Positions 31,196-50,748 of a stretch of DNA of 64,000 bases are shown in pieces (within the stretch, counting starts at the first letter, position 1; the number at the start of each line of letters is the position of its first letter). The stretch comes from the human T2T-CHM13v2.0 reference genome, Homo sapiens. The stretch is from NCBI RefSeq assembly GCF_009914755.1, contig NC_060935.1, one strand, 5' to 3'. The notes beneath the pieces are model-generated. The model had not been told where the DNA came from and searched no databases. It worked only from the letters and a program-made list of their open reading frames with translations. The position numbers and the translations under genes are program-made.

Positions 31196-31342
31196 GTCAC
31201 CAGAGTTCTAGGGATGTGGTATAGTTATCCTAATATTTCCCAAAATATGAGTGCTTGCTAGAGCCGATATTTAAGTTTGATGCTAACTTAAAAAGAAGAT
31301 TTTGGAAGGGAGAGGGACTTTCTTAACAGCTTTATTGTGATA
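31196..31342. repeat. Copy of 32105-32251 (dispersed direct duplication, ~147 bp)
   Basis: Shares ATGTGGTATAGTTATCCTAATATTTCCCAA etc.; flanked by 16-bp direct repeats. Confidence 0.9.
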
Positions 31343-32234
31343 TTTACTTTATAAGTAAATTCACTTGGAGAACCCAAAGTATTGTCCAGTGAATGACTTT
31401 AGATAATAGTGAAAGCCAAACTAAGTACTTGCTGGAATTCTATAGGTAAGACCTGGGGAAGGTTGCTCAATCTGAGACTTGGGGACAATTATTAGGGTAA
31501 GTTCACAGCTCTGACCTTTTCTTGAGGGGTTATGGGGGCTTGACAGAGGCCTTCTGTTCTTGACATGTGATAGAGTAGGCTCAACTACTATGAAAAAGAA
31601 CTCTAAAAATACATAATGGATCAAATACTAAAGAAATGTACTTCTTGTTAATGTAAAACAATCGGTCATGAGTGTATGTAACTGGTGGTGAGTGGCACTG
31701 TTGCATGTGGGATTCATGCACCAAGCTTGCTTTCATCTTGTGGCACTTGCTGTACCCCAGAATGGTAACAGCATGAAGCTGGCAGAAAGGTGAAGAAAAC
31801 TTAGGGGAGAAAACGTGCTTTTTAAATCCTTAGTTCATAGATGGGATTCGTAATATCTGCTCATTTTCTATTAATGAGAATAGCCATAGGGCTAAACCTA
31901 ACTGTAAAGATTTTTTAAATGTCTAGCTGTATGCAATCATGTACAATCAAATTTCAAGGAAAAGAAAACTCAGATTTTGGTGGAAACTGCCTGGAACCCT
32001 AAGTAATCCTTTTTCCCATTATAGAGGACTCAGGATCTCAGCTTTTTTCTGGAACTATGTTAATTCCATTCTATAGCCTAAAGTTTGTAAAAGAGAACTG
32101 TATTGTCACTAAAGTTCTAGACATGTGGTATAGTTATCCTAATATTTCCCAACAAGCGAGTGCTTGTTAGAGCTGGCATGTAAGTTTGATTCTAACTTAA
32201 AAATAATCTTTTTAGGGGAAGAGGACTGTCTTAA

Positions 32235-33689
<1,455 letters not shown>

Positions 33690-33834
33690 TGGGCTCAATC
33701 TTTATAGTGGTCCTATGAAAATAGGTACTGTCATTATCCTTTTTTTAAAAAAAATGAGAAAATGGAGGTACAGTGAGATGAAAGAATTTGCTCAAAGTTG
33801 GACACATATGAAGTGGCAGAATTGACCTACAAAA

Positions 33835-34329
<495 letters not shown>

Positions 34330-35585
34330 TTAGGCCTAATGAAGGAATAGACTCCTATATTACTCATAAATGATATAAGTAATATTAAACTTGGGGTCTA
34401 GCTTACGTGACCAAGATAATGATGAAAACTTTAAGTTGAAAGCTTATGTTGAAAAACAAAATAAAATCATTTCATATGCAAATTTTAACACCACAGTCAG
34501 GAATGTCAATGGATATACAGGGTAAAAGAAGAGAGAAAATTAGCCTAGATGATAAACTGTATACATTGCATATTGATTAATCTACTATAAAACAATGGCA
34601 CAAGTACATGATTGTTTTGATTCTTGAACCTTGATTGATTATAGATAGCATCAAATGTAGTATACTCTGGGGGAGAAAAGATTGGACTATGGGAGGAAAT
34701 TCTATTTTAAGCTTTGTACAATTATAAGACATAAGGAGGACACAAATCTCATTAAGGGCAGATTTGGGAGAGAAACAGTGACAAAGCTAAAACCGTGACT
34801 TATTTGGGAAACATCAGTGTAGCATGATAAGGACAAGCCATTTTATATCACTCACATGAGCAGGCTTCATGTCATTGGGTAAAAATTCACAGTAATCCTG
34901 GAGAAAATGAAGAATGTGTGAATCAATGTATTGTGTGCAAACGGTGATATGAGGGTAGCCTGAGTCATATGAACTCCCTGGGAAAAACGACCAGCTTTGT
35001 GTATGTAGCAAGTGGACTTGGTACTCCTATTACCTAAAAAGAGCCTCTGCAAGTACTTATTGACAAAAGTTGACATCTACTCTGCATATGGAATAGCTGT
35101 CCCTGCCTCTCAGGCATTTTGTACCATAAAGGCCAACAGATTGCCATTATCAATATTTTGATGTCCCCAAAACAGTTTCAGTGGTAACCACATGATCGTA
35201 CAAGAATACGCCTCCTTCATTCTGTTGCCAGAGAAGTACAGGAATCTTCAGTTCTTTGTCTTATTTGGAGAAAGCATTCTGCTTTCCAGTCTTTTCCAGT
35301 GGAGAGTAGGCCTTTGTTATGGGGGATGCTCTGAACATATTTCAGAATGGTTCTTTTACTCTCTCTCTGCCAGAAAAGAAAGGATCTTTTTCTTGGCTTT
35401 CCACTATGGGAACTCACTTTGGTTTTTGGAGGTAAATTCCAAGCAAGTGGGGCGGGGGCGGGGCCCTAAGTCTAGGTGCTAGGAGTTTCTCTCTCTCAAG
35501 CTAGTCCATAATCAGCCTCCGGCAATTTGTCAGAACTACTATTTAAGTGTTCCTACCAGTATATGACTCAGGCAACTCCTGTTTT

Positions 35586-35915
<330 letters not shown>

Positions 35916-36035
35916 TAAGCAGATTTAGGCTGTTTATTCTGTGTTTACCTGTCTCTACATTTTGGGGTGGCAGTTTTTTTCCTGTGACTTTATCTGATGA
36001 GACTTAGGAAAGTCATTGATTTTTAGTTGGTTTAG

Positions 36036-36388
<353 letters not shown>

Positions 36389-37500
36389 AGCTTTTTTTCT
36401 CTTGTGAGGGTTACAGTAATGAGTCTCAAGCTCTTTACATGTTGGAACTAAAACTGGAAGTTCCTGGTATTCTTTTCTACTTCTGTAGTAATTCTCTTTC
36501 TTTGGAAATCACTTTCTCTGTCTGCCCAGCTAAGTCTCCATTTTTCAGGTTATGGGTGCACATTATGACTTACAGTGGGAGGGGCAGAAGTACTGTCATG
36601 GGCTCCCTCTGCAATGGTGTTTGTCAGTGTTCTCTTCCTCCAGATTAGCTTCTTCTTCCCATTAAGTGAGAGGCTCTGGTAGTCCTCAGGAATGAAGCAA
36701 AGCCTGTTCTGCTCCTACAGTGAGATAGCAAGGCAAAAGCTGCTGTGCAGTGTTCACATAGTATATATGGTAGAGTCCCTGTGTCTTTTGGCATTTTTGT
36801 TGCCAACTATCCTTTCTCTGCTTCTAAACTAGTAAAGCAGTTACTGTTCTGGTCCCAGCTTTACTAGAATATTTTTAGTCCCCATATCTTGGTGACCTTT
36901 GGTGGGGGAAGCGATTCCAAGTTAGATACAGGCAGTTTCTCTATGTGTAGACACACATTCCTATCTCCAGCACTCATCCATAGCAACTGGAGGAAATTCA
37001 CTTCTATCCATTTTCCTTTAACCCCTGCATCCCAGTCACCCCTTTATTGCAATGCCCGAGGCTCTGGATCACTCCAGGCTGCTGCACTCTCTTAAATTCC
37101 AGGTAACTCTTTTGGGATATTTATGACTTTCATTTTCAGGGCTTTGGGACCTGGGAGAATGGTGTGAGTAAAGCCAGAGGGATCTGAGAAGACAGATACT
37201 TTACTCCTGCACTGGTGTCTCTAGATAATTTCCCAGCTGGCTCTCTCTGCCTGTGTAAACAAGCCTTGAGGATATGACCCTTGCCAACTCTTGTTAGCCA
37301 CTCCTGTTTACATAGAGCTCTAAGTACATGCCCATGGAAATAGCTGCATATTCTTGAATGACTAAACTTGCTCATTTTTCTGTCCAGGTCATTTCTGCTA
37401 TCCAGAAGCACAGCTCAGCTGAGAGTGAGGCACCAGAAGAATGCCTAAGAGTTTCCAAAAGTGATGATTTTTCTACCATTAATATATTATATGTTGGTAG

Positions 37501-37948
37501 TATGAAAGGAAAATAAATCTTGGAGCTTCAAAATCACTAGGCCAAATAGAAAAGTCAAGCTGGGAACTGCTTAGGGCAAACCTGCCTCCCATTCTATTCA
37601 AAGTCATCCCTCTGCTCACTGACATAAATGCCTATCTGATTGACTCCTTTGAAAAGGCTAATCAGAAACTCAAAAGAATGCAACAGGTTGTCCTTCACCA
37701 ACCTGTGACCTGGAAGCCCCCTCCCTGCTTGAGTTGTCCTGCCTTTTCAGATGGAACCAATGTACATCTCACATTTATTGATTGATGTCTCATGTCTCTC
37801 TAAAATGTATACAACCAAGTTGTGCTCTGATCACCTTGGGCACATGTTGTCAGGACCTCCTGAGGCTGTCAGGGACACATGTCTTCAGCCTTGGTAAAAT
37901 AAACTTTCTATATTATCTGAGATCTGTCTCAGATTTTCGGGGTTCAGA
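37501..37948 (+). mobile_element. MER4A-like solo LTR
   Basis: TGAAAGGAAAATAAATCTTGG..AAAAGTCAAGCTGGGAACTGCTTAGGGCAAACC..TTTTCGGGGTTCA. Confidence 0.8.
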
Positions 37949-38050
37949 CTAGACAGTTGTTAAGAAAATAACAAAAAGACATTAAAGACATAGCATAGTT
38001 GCATGTCCATTGAACTCAGAGAAATGAGTTTTTTAAAAAGGAAAAAACTC

Positions 38051-38525
<475 letters not shown>

Positions 38526-38659
38526 AAAAAAACCGGAAAAAACTCAAGTGAACAAAATGAATGATGAAAAATTGAATGTCATCCACACAGAACTGATGGG
38601 CTAAGGTAATATACACATCTCAACACATGCTTTAACAAATCTGTCTGATGCTTTACTAT

Positions 38660-39133
38660 TGTAAATGAAAGAGTATCTGAGAAAACTCTCAATCAATTTA
38701 GGAAGTTTATTTTGCCAAGGTTAAGGATGCACCCATGACAGCCTCAGGAGGTCCTGACAACATGTACCCAAGGTGGTCAGGGCACAGCTTGGTTTTATAC
38801 ATTTGAGGGAGATGTGAGACATCAATCAATATATGTCCGCAAAGGCGGGACAGCTGAGTCCGGAAGGGGGTTTCCAGGTCATAGGTAGATAAAAGACAAA
38901 CAGGTTGCATTAAGCAATAGGGCAAAGGAAGTAACCAGATATTCATTTATCTCACCTGAGCAAAGGGGTGACTTTGAGTTCTGTCTGGAGCTTTTTTTTT
39001 TTTTTTTTTTTATCTTAGTAGCTGTCTTTTTTTGGAATAGAATGGGAGCCAGGTTTGCCCTAACCAGTTCTCAACCTGACTTTTCCCTTTGGCTTAGTGA
39101 TTTTTGGGTCCCGAGATTTTCTTCCCTTTTACA
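38660..39133 (-). mobile_element. MER4-family solo LTR
   Basis: Reverse complement of the 37501 element; TG...CA ends; TSD CTAT. Confidence 0.82.
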
Positions 39134-39188
39134 CTATCTAAATGTATTAGTTACCAATATTGAAATAAGGAAAAGAAATCTGAAAGTA

Positions 39189-39616
<428 letters not shown>

Positions 39617-40481
39617 TAGTAATTGACTCCCTTAAAAGTAGTCAAAGCATATTCCCAAGGTATTGGATGTGGATACATTTTTGTGGGAAAGTTGTTAAAC
39701 TTCCAACAAGTTTATAATTGTCCTTGATCACCATGCATGAGTCAGATGGAGAGGGCAAAAATGAAAATTGTACCTTGTCAGGTGGTTTCCAAAGGTGGCA
39801 CCTTTTATTATGTAATGTGCTCTACAGGAGGTAGACTAGGATTGTTTTGATGCATACAGCACAGAAAATGAATCTATCAACTTATATTCCTCATGAAAAT
39901 GGAGCATGCTGTTTGTGGAGGCACAATGTGGGGTCATCCTGTGACCAAACGAGTGGCAACTCTTGTTCAAGTTTCCTCCTCGTTCGGTTTGATTTCAAGG
40001 TTACCTCAGTTTCAAAGCAGCCCTTTCTGTCCAGGGCACAAAACTCCTGATTTACTACTTACAACTAGTGGTTCTCAGCCTCAGATTCGCGTAAAAATTA
40101 CCTGGAAGACTTTTCATTTTTAAATAATGTTACTGATATATATGTTATATGCAATAATATGCACCCATTTACTGTGCACAGTTTGATGAGTTTTGAAAAA
40201 GTTTTACCCCTTTTAAAGATTTAGAGCATTTCCAACACTCCCAAAAGTTCCCCAGGTCCTTTGTAGCCAACTTTTCTCAGCACCATCCACCTCTCCGCCA
40301 CCCATCCTCCATCTCCTAGCGGGTGACATGGTACTTTGGTAGGTAGCACACAAGTGGATCGTTGGAGCTGAAGGATAATTCAAATTGGTAAACTGATTCG
40401 AGGGACCATGTGCAACCATGAAAGTGGTAGGAGAAGGGGAGTTGGGTGTTTAGCTGGCCTGGGAGGCAGGGAAGGTTAAAA

Positions 40482-40697
40482 CAGGGCTTTTCAAACACAG
40501 CACTATTGATGTTTTGGAATGGATCATTCTTTGCTGTGGGAACTGTCCCATACATTGTAGAATGCTTAGCGGCATCTGTGACCTGTACCCACTAAGATGC
40601 CAGTAGCATTCCCCTAGTTAACAACCAAATATCTCTTCAGACATTGCCAAATGTGCCATCTAGTGCAAATCCTCCATTCTGCCCTCGAGAATCACTG
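40482..40697 (-). mobile_element. MER20
   Basis: CAGGG..GCACTATTGATG..CATTGTAGAATGCTTAGC..GAGAATCACTG; similar to the 23288 copy. Confidence 0.78.
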
Positions 40698-40797
40698 GAT
40701 TAAGAGCATTACCTTCTGTCCAGAGGCTCTAAAGGACTACACAGCTCATTTCACCTAGACGCTCCTTCCCCTTTTCTCTTCCTGACAGCCCCAAAAA

Positions 40798-40812
40798 TTT
40801 CACTTTCATTTC
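40798..40812 (-). promoter_or_regulatory. TRIM34: ISRE/IRF element of the TRIM34 promoter
   Basis: TTTCACTTTCATTTC = GAAATGAAAGTGAAA on the minus strand; TRIM34 is an established interferon-induced gene. Confidence 0.75.
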
Positions 40813-40849
40813 TCAGGCAGTTCCTCCTCAGGAGGGAGGGACTTCTTCA

Positions 40850-40947
40850 CACAGAGGAACCTCATTTGTTGAATGAATCCTGACCACACCCACCCTGGCT
40901 TTTCTTCACCTCTTCAACCAGGAGCCGAGATTTCTGTTGCTCTGAAG
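40850..40947 (+). other. TRIM34: TRIM34 non-coding exon 1 (start approximate)
   Basis: Downstream of the ISRE; ends CTCTGAAG|GTGTGT. Confidence 0.6.
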
Positions 40948-42488
40948 GTGTGTGGGGAGGTTTGTGGGGGGTAGAGGGTATGAGACTCCAGGAGAAAAGT
41001 TCTCAGTGAAGTTAGGGGAATTTGATTTATGGCCCCAAGTCTCCCCTGCTCTGTCGGGAGCAAAGGCTAGCTTGCAGGCTTCCTGCTTTGAGTGCACACT
41101 GATAGCAGCCTAGAGTCTGGGGAGGGACAGCCTTGAAAGCAGTGTTAAAGAGGCAGAAGGCCGCCTTTGTTTTCTGGGGTGTCTTTTTTTCCTCCAGGCT
41201 GAATCTATTTCCATTCCCTTCCTATTGTATAATTTTGATTTTCTACCTTGCAAAGGAAACAATTCTCTCTCTCTCTTTCTCTCTCTCAAAGAGATGAACA
41301 GAAGATCTCTTATTTTCCACCTCCTACTCCCTCCTCAAAAGAGAAGTTGGTGAAAGGAGGTCTCTGTTTTCCAAGTGTGTGCAGGGCTTAGCTCCTAGTA
41401 TGTGGCGTCAGATAGAATGGAGCCATGGGAGCACGGCCAGGGGTTGAAGTGGGTTCTTTTGCTGCCCTCCTGGCAACCACTAAGGGGCTTTCTGTGGCCA
41501 TCCTCACGTATTCTTAGTCCTTGGCCTCCCTGACAATAGCAGGTTGAGTGATGTGACTGCTGCACACCGCTCTGTTCCCTCTGTTCCTATGTCTTTCTGC
41601 AGGTCGTCTCAGGGCTCTCCTTGCACATCCCTGAACATACCTGTTTACTTTTACTTCAGTAACCCATGTGCTACCAGCGTCTTCACCTGTCTCAGAACTT
41701 GCTCCTCATCATTCTTCCTCTTAGACACACCTTGGCATTGATTTGTAACCTCAATTTGTTATTGCTTTTCTTTGCTCACAATTACTTAACAGAAGTTGTT
41801 CATTGTGGGCTCAGAAGGAGCCCACAGATTTAATCTTCTTGTTAAGAATTTGATATAGAGTATGTCCTATCTTAAGCTCACTTGTGAGCAATTTGCACCT
41901 TGATTGATATGTTACAGATATTCTGACACATGCCATTCTGGCCTCTGCTCTCACCCTTCAGAGTTCACTGTAACTGCCATCCTGTGTCTCTGCCTTACTC
42001 CTGGGTAGAATCCATGTCTGCCTACATACTGACTGTCTCCCAGAGGCGTCTAGTCAGGCACAAGACCCAACATATGGGATAAAATTGATTATAAAGCAGG
42101 CTGCTAATGTAAAAACGTGCAATTAGCATCCATTTAACATTCAATAAATATGAAATATACGTGGAAGCCTACATCCAAATAGAAAGTGATCATAGACCAT
42201 ATCGATGAATGTTAGAGTACACAAGAAGATGACTAATACTATGGAGTAACATCTTCAAGAAGTTACATTAGGGTAATGACTCTGTAAAGACCTCATGAAG
42301 GCCTTGCAACTTTAAATAGTTTTTATGAAAGTTTTAAATAGTTTTCATTGTAAGAACACATTTGAGTAGAATCTTAAGAATGCGAGGAAATTAAAGGCTT
42401 TAATGGTTTTTCCCACGGGCTTAAAAGGAGAACAGTGTGGAAGATTAAGATGGGAGTGTGCCTGGAGAGGCATAAAAGGTGAGTTCTT

Positions 42489-42838
<350 letters not shown>

Positions 42839-42985
42839 CTAACTGGACCATTATGAAGTCTGGCCTCGCTCTGGGTGGCATGGGTTTGAACAGGAGAGTG
42901 ACATGATTGACATCTGCTTTAAGGTGATCACTCTGTCTACTGATGTAAGAACAGAGATGAGAGCAGAGTGAAGAAGGACAGTGAT

Positions 42986-43279
<294 letters not shown>

Positions 43280-44576
43280 GGAAGGGCAATGATAGTATCA
43301 GCAAGACTAGTGGAAGAACAATTTCCTGAATTCAGGTGGTTTCTACCAGAGTGGTGGCAGTTGAGGTGGTTGGAAACTAATTTGAAAAAAAACTCTTTCA
43401 GCATATTCTCACGAAGTAACAGACAGAAAAAGACATTAGGGATTGCTTAATGAAAATGATTCTATGTTAAAAAATAGCTTTTTGGAGATATATTGACCAG
43501 AACACTACAGCTCTTGGGGAGAGAGTCATTAATGTGGTATAGATTGGGCCCTGGACTCTAAGGAGTAGCTGAAGCAAGAACTCAGTGCACAGAGGAATGG
43601 GGAGGAGATGCTACAATGTTTCTGAGCTCTCAGGGTCTCTGGATGTCAAAACAGGCTCTACTTTCCTTATTGGCAGTTTCTGACCAAGAATCCAGAAGAA
43701 GTGTCTAGGATATTGTCTAGAAACTTCAAAAGACATCCTCCCCTAAAAGTCACTCGTAGAGACACTCTAATTTTACTATCTACCTGCAGAGAGACTTAAA
43801 GTTTGCATTATCATATCCAGATGTTAGGAGTCCAGATGTTAGGAGAAGACTCAAATGAAGGGTATAATCACCTGGCAGCTATGGTAACCAGGTAACCTGG
43901 GAGTTCTGTCAGGCCAATGGCACTCATGTTCCCTTCTCTACCTCCCTGACTGCTGCTGGGCTTGAGCCACACTGGGAAGTGGTGGGGTCATTTCTCACAC
44001 GTGGGACCGTGGTTACTCTGCACTTTTCTCATTCTTTTGCCATTATGGTGGCAGCAGCTTTGGCATCAACATGCATCCTCACTGTGAACATGAAGTCACA
44101 GCCCGTGGCAGAATGCATGTTCTACTACTTCCTCTCCTGGAGCCCCCCGGTATTTCTAACTATTGGTTGGATACTGATTGGAATAAAAGATAACAAAGAA
44201 CCCCACATCTGTGGTTGGCTCATGGCTTTAGCCATAAACAGGGGTGAATATTATCATATCATATAAACTCCTTGTCTTACTAGTCATCAGATCCTGGTCT
44301 GACCAATGGTCATTGTAGCCAGGGGCTACCAGTATATCTCTTTTGTATGATTTTTAGTATCTGTACCATTGGCTGGATGACACTCGCCAGTCAACTTTCA
44401 GCTTTTTTTCCTCCTTAAGGTCTTTTGATGGATGGTTAGAGGAGTAGACAGGTCTCGAGGCCTAGGTTTATCTCCATACAGCTTTTATTGTACCCCATCC
44501 TTTTGCCAAGCGTGGGAAAGATTCCTAAGTTGTCACACATCACAGATCTTTCTTTCACTATCAAACCTGTTCAATT

Positions 44577-45327
<751 letters not shown>

Positions 45328-45579
45328 AACAAGTATCAAAATGTTACTGCCTACTGAGAGCCACCCTTTTTCCCTTTGCCTCACAGTTTCTTGTCTAAAC
45401 TGACCTCAGGTTCTGAGAATTGGCATTGTATCATCATGCCACTACTCTGTGGTACACCCTCTGGCTGACCACAAGCAATAATTGCAGGTTTGTTTTGCCA
45501 TTTGCACTCATGCAGCTTAACTCCACAGGGGGAATACAGGACAGGAGATATAGCATGCAGACAGGGCCGCTTCAGGTGA

Positions 45580-45897
<318 letters not shown>

Positions 45898-48146
45898 TCA
45901 GTGAGGATTCTTACGGTGGTACAAGACCATGTGACCATGTGGATGCGTGTGAAACTAACGTAGCTTAGGTAAATCTTACATCAACGGATTGATTCCCTTG
46001 TAAAGACCATGAACATAGCTTCCAGGGCCCTACAGAGAATATTTTGTTACAAGAGTCTCAATCCTCTTACGGAAAATGAGGTCTGTGCTTACCAAAAAGA
46101 ATAAAAATAAAATAATATACCAGGGGATGGTGATGGCGATGTGTTTTTTATAGGAAGAAAGGACTTAAGCCTAATGATAACCTTTTTTTCCCCCACATGT
46201 CTAGTCTGACTTCCAATCTTATTTCCTTTACCTTACCCTACTTCCCACCCTCATCTGCTTCTCTCTGTTAACTTGTCCTGCATCCTCCCATCCCTGCCCC
46301 CACCTCCTATTCATTGGAAAGAGACTGTCACTTTTACTTCATTTAGGAAGTGTCACATATCCAGGTTCCTCTAGGCTCATGTGAGGCCAAGGCCTAGGGC
46401 TTTTTGCATATCAGCCACACATTTAAAAACTTTCGAACATGTTATGATGCTATGTCCTCCATGAACGGGGCATTCACTTCCATGATTCCTTCTGCCTAAA
46501 ATATTTGTTTTCTTTCTCATTCTGTATTCCTTTCTCATTATTCAGCTTTCATTAAACTCTTACTTATCCAAGCAAGATATCTTGGATAGTTCTCTATTTA
46601 GCACATTATTTGGTCTTCTAAAAACCTATACCTCTCTATGATGGTGTTTTTTACACCTACCATTTTACATTTTATGAATGATTATATAATTAGCTTCTAT
46701 CTTCTTAGGTGACTGTTTACTTTATTCTGGCTAATACCATCTGTTCATTACTCAACTTTGGATTTTAATCCATTTCCTGAATTTTAATCACGGAAGATAA
46801 TATGTCTTCAGTGAGAATTTCCAAAATAAACACATGAATAATTGGCATTCAATTAGTGGATGTGGATTTAACACAGACAGAACTTCATCGCTCCTAAATG
46901 TGGTCTCCCTTTATGTATTGGGACATCTCTCTCATGGCCAACAGCCATCTCCTTGGTATTTCTATTCCTCGATGATCTGACATTGGTATGAATCTGTGAT
47001 CTGTGTGTAATTCAGCTGGTTACACCCCTCCCCCAACGAATACACACCTTTGGGTTCCTATCAACCTCTGTAACATCCTTCAGGCCAAGAAGAAATCCTA
47101 CCATCTACAAACACAAGACCCCCCCAGAAATTCCCAACTTATGTGGTTTCCTCCATTTCTACACTCTCATAACCCTGGATCCCAATCTACTTCTTTCAGG
47201 CTTTACCTCGGCTTTTCTTTGTTTAAATAAGTGGAGTAGCATGGAGACCTCTGAAAGAGAACTCTGAGGTTATTATGTTCACTCCAATTCTACCATCGAA
47301 TTGGGTGATCTTTGTAAATCATTTAATTTTATTTATTCATCTGAAGAAAGGGAGTACTCTTATTTCTCAAGAATTTTGGAAGGAGGAACAAACAGGCCAA
47401 AGTGATTTTTAAATTGTAACTGGTAATGAAATCTCCATATTGTGGTCATTGCTGTTTCTGTCGGTATCTCTGGAAAGTCTGTGAGGGCATGGGAGGATTT
47501 TGTGTGGGTAGATGTGTTAGGAGGCGAGCACTTCTTCACTGGAAACCACATCTGGGGTTCTAAAGTTCAGCTATTGAAGAATTTCCAAATAATGGAAGGA
47601 AGATAATGAAACAATGATAAAGTTTTAGTCATCTATGGAGAGACAGGGAAGTTTTTTTTATATGTTTATCAAACATTGTGCTTCTCTGTGTTCTAAACAC
47701 TGAGGCTATAGCAGTAAAAAGACAAAAGTGCCTAATCTACATGTAGATTATGTTTTAGAAAGAAGAGGTGGACATTTAAAAATAGATAATGATAATAAAA
47801 GAAAGATGGCAAATGTACACTGAATGATGAGTTTGTGGTTGTGCTGTACTTAAGTTTGTCTTAGCAGCCCTTCTGATGAAGGGACATGTAAGGAGAAAGT
47901 TGAAAAAAGTATAAACGAAAGTCATGCAAATAGCAACAGGATGGTAATTCTAGGCTGAGTAATGAACAAGTGCAAAAGCCTTGAGGCATTAACAGCTCGC
48001 CCAGACCACTTTCAGCCATTTTTGGTTTCTCTTCCTCATCTTCTTTGTTCTTTGATATTGCAGTCTCGGCCAGTCTTTGATGTCTGTGCAATTAGAATGC
48101 TTTTTATTTGTACCATTCTTATACCATCCCCTTTCAATCTTCTCAG

Positions 48147-48223
48147 CCATCCAGGGGTCTTTAACCAGAAGAGAGAGGAGAGCCTCAGGAGTTAGGACCA
48201 GAAGAAGCCAGGGAAGCAGTGCA
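48147..48223 (+). other. TRIM6-TRIM34: TRIM34 exon 2 5'UTR, translated as the linker of the TRIM6-TRIM34 readthrough
   Basis: Acceptor TCTCAG|; G+CC restores frame ([26 protein letters not shown]); fusion sums to 842 aa. Confidence 0.85.
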
Positions 48224-48646
48224 ATGGCTTCAAAAATCTTGCTTAACGTACAAGAGGAGGTGACCTGTCCCATCTGCCTGGAGCTGTTGACAGAACCCTT
48301 GAGTCTAGACTGTGGCCACAGCCTCTGCCGAGCCTGCATCACTGTGAGCAACAAGGAGGCAGTGACCAGCATGGGAGGAAAAAGCAGCTGTCCTGTGTGT
48401 GGTATCAGTTACTCATTTGAACATCTACAGGCTAATCAGCATCTGGCCAACATAGTGGAGAGACTCAAGGAGGTCAAGTTGAGCCCAGACAATGGGAAGA
48501 AGAGAGATCTCTGTGATCATCATGGAGAGAAACTCCTACTCTTCTGTAAGGAGGATAGGAAAGTCATTTGCTGGCTTTGTGAGCGGTCTCAGGAGCACCG
48601 TGGTCACCACACAGTCCTCACGGAGGAAGTATTCAAGGAATGTCAG
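48224..48646 (+). CDS. TRIM34: TRIM34 exon 2: RING plus B-box 2
   Basis: [22 protein letters not shown]..; 423 nt; CAG|GTAGGG. Confidence 0.97.
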
Positions 48647-48650
48647 GTAG

Positions 48651-49027
<377 letters not shown>

Positions 49028-49117
49028 TTTTCTTTCTTTTTTTTTTTTTTTTTTGTGAGCAATAAAGCTTTTTAATCACCTGGGTGCAGGCGGACTGAGT
49101 CTGAAAAAGGAGTCAGC
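49028..49117 (-). mobile_element. Polyadenylated HERV-H/LTR7 R-region retrocopy
   Basis: Minus strand GCTGACTCCTTTTTCAGACTCAGTCCGCCTGCACCCAGGTGATTAAAAAGCTTTATTGCTCAC(A)n; TSD CCTTTTCATCCTT. Confidence 0.8.
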
Positions 49118-49692
49118 CCTTTTCATCCTTCTTTACCCCTTGTGGAACCATAATTCTGAGTCCCGTGATCTTCTCCATGTACATCTTTCACACTGTGCTC
49201 AGCTTCCAATGCCTGGGGTACACTCTTGTGTATTCCTTTCATTTACATAACAGATGATCCTAGAGTACAGTCTCTTAGCCAAGAATGAGAAATTTTTGTC
49301 TTGTTTTTTCCTTTTTCATTGTATAAGTGATAAATTCCTTCCCAAAGTTAGCTCTCTTGCTTCTCTAAGCAGGATAATTGCTAAGGAACATTGTGGATTG
49401 AATGAGGAAAGAGCATTGATAAGAGGAAAGGACTTTCTGCAGGGTAAATACTTACTCTAAGGAAAGACAGAATCAGGCTACTCCTTTTGAGGGGTATTGA
49501 TTTTCATCACAATGAATGAACAATACATTCATCTCCTCAAAATTTTCCCCATGTCATAGATTCTAATCACCAGCTTCACAGTTTCTGTAAATTGCTTTTT
49601 TCTGGGATCAACTTGATTTTTTCCCTGTTTGTCCTCTATCCAGATACTAAGAAAGCTTATAGCTTGACTGTAGTGTGATTCCCTTCTCATAG

Positions 49693-49788
49693 GAGAAACT
49701 CCAGGCAGTCCTCAAGAGGCTGAAGAAGGAAGAGGAGGAAGCTGAGAAGCTGGAAGCTGACATCAGAGAAGAGAAAACTTCCTGGAAG
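49693..49788 (+). CDS. TRIM34: TRIM34 exon 3, GC donor
   Basis: EKLQAVLKRLKKEEEEAEKLEADIREEKTSWK, 96 nt, AAG|GCAAGA. Confidence 0.93.
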
Positions 49789-50379
49789 GCAAGAGGAGAT
49801 TCTGAAGGATTTCTGAGACAGGAATCTTGACAGGACCTTAATCCAAGGAGGCCTCGTCCTTTTTATTCCTTGACATTGCATGAGTCCTGAAACCATTTGA
49901 TTAGTTCTCTTCTCTGTCCTGTCCCTGTTGGGGGTGGAGGCTAGAAAGTGGACATGTTACAATTACACATACATACCTGGAACTGAGCACAAAGATAGAC
50001 TCTATGATGAGGAAGGCTAGCAAATACTGTGTTCCATTGCTCTTTTCCAACAGGGCTCTACTACTTCTGGTGGAAGACACTACATAAAGGACTATGGTTT
50101 TCCTCAAGATTCAAATTAGGAGTGTGGTAAGGCAGGCAGTCATGAATATCCAGGAAAGCTATCTAGAAGCTAAGCCTTATGTTTTATATTTTGTCTCAGG
50201 GTTGGCCTAGATAAGACAGTTTGAGGTCATTGTTTTGGTAGGTACTGAAAGGAAAATAGTAGGAAAAAATAGCTTCCCTCCAAGTACCTCTATTGCTTCT
50301 ACTCCCTTGCTGATTTGAACTCCCTGAAAAAAAAAATCGATATATAGATAATACAAATATATATATACAGATAATATAA

Positions 50380-50381
<2 letters not shown>

Positions 50382-50435
<54 letters not shown>
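50382..50435. repeat. (CA)n(TA)n microsatellite
   Basis: Direct read; ~80 nt upstream of exon 4. Confidence 0.95.
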
Positions 50436-50517
50436 TTCCCTACTGGCTCCTAATCCCTTGCACAATAGGCCTTAGCCTGACAAACTTACTACAACTCTCT
50501 CTTGTCCATCCTTGCAG

Positions 50518-50748
50518 TATCAGGTACAAACTGAGAGACAAAGGATACAAACAGAATTTGATCAGCTTAGAAGCATCCTAAATAATGAGGAGCAGAGAGA
50601 GCTGCAAAGATTGGAAGAAGAAGAAAAGAAGACGCTGGATAAGTTTGCAGAGGCTGAGGATGAGCTAGTTCAGCAGAAGCAGTTGGTGAGAGAGCTCATC
50701 TCAGATGTGGAGTGTCGGAGTCAGTGGTCAACAATGGAGCTGCTGCAG
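50518..50748 (+). CDS. TRIM34: TRIM34 exon 4 (coiled coil)
   Basis: [21 protein letters not shown], 231 nt, CAG|GTAAGA. Confidence 0.95.

Noticed and set aside
47989-48372. Antisense ORFs over the RING exons (also 20668-20865)
   Set aside because: Shadows of the conserved sense frame
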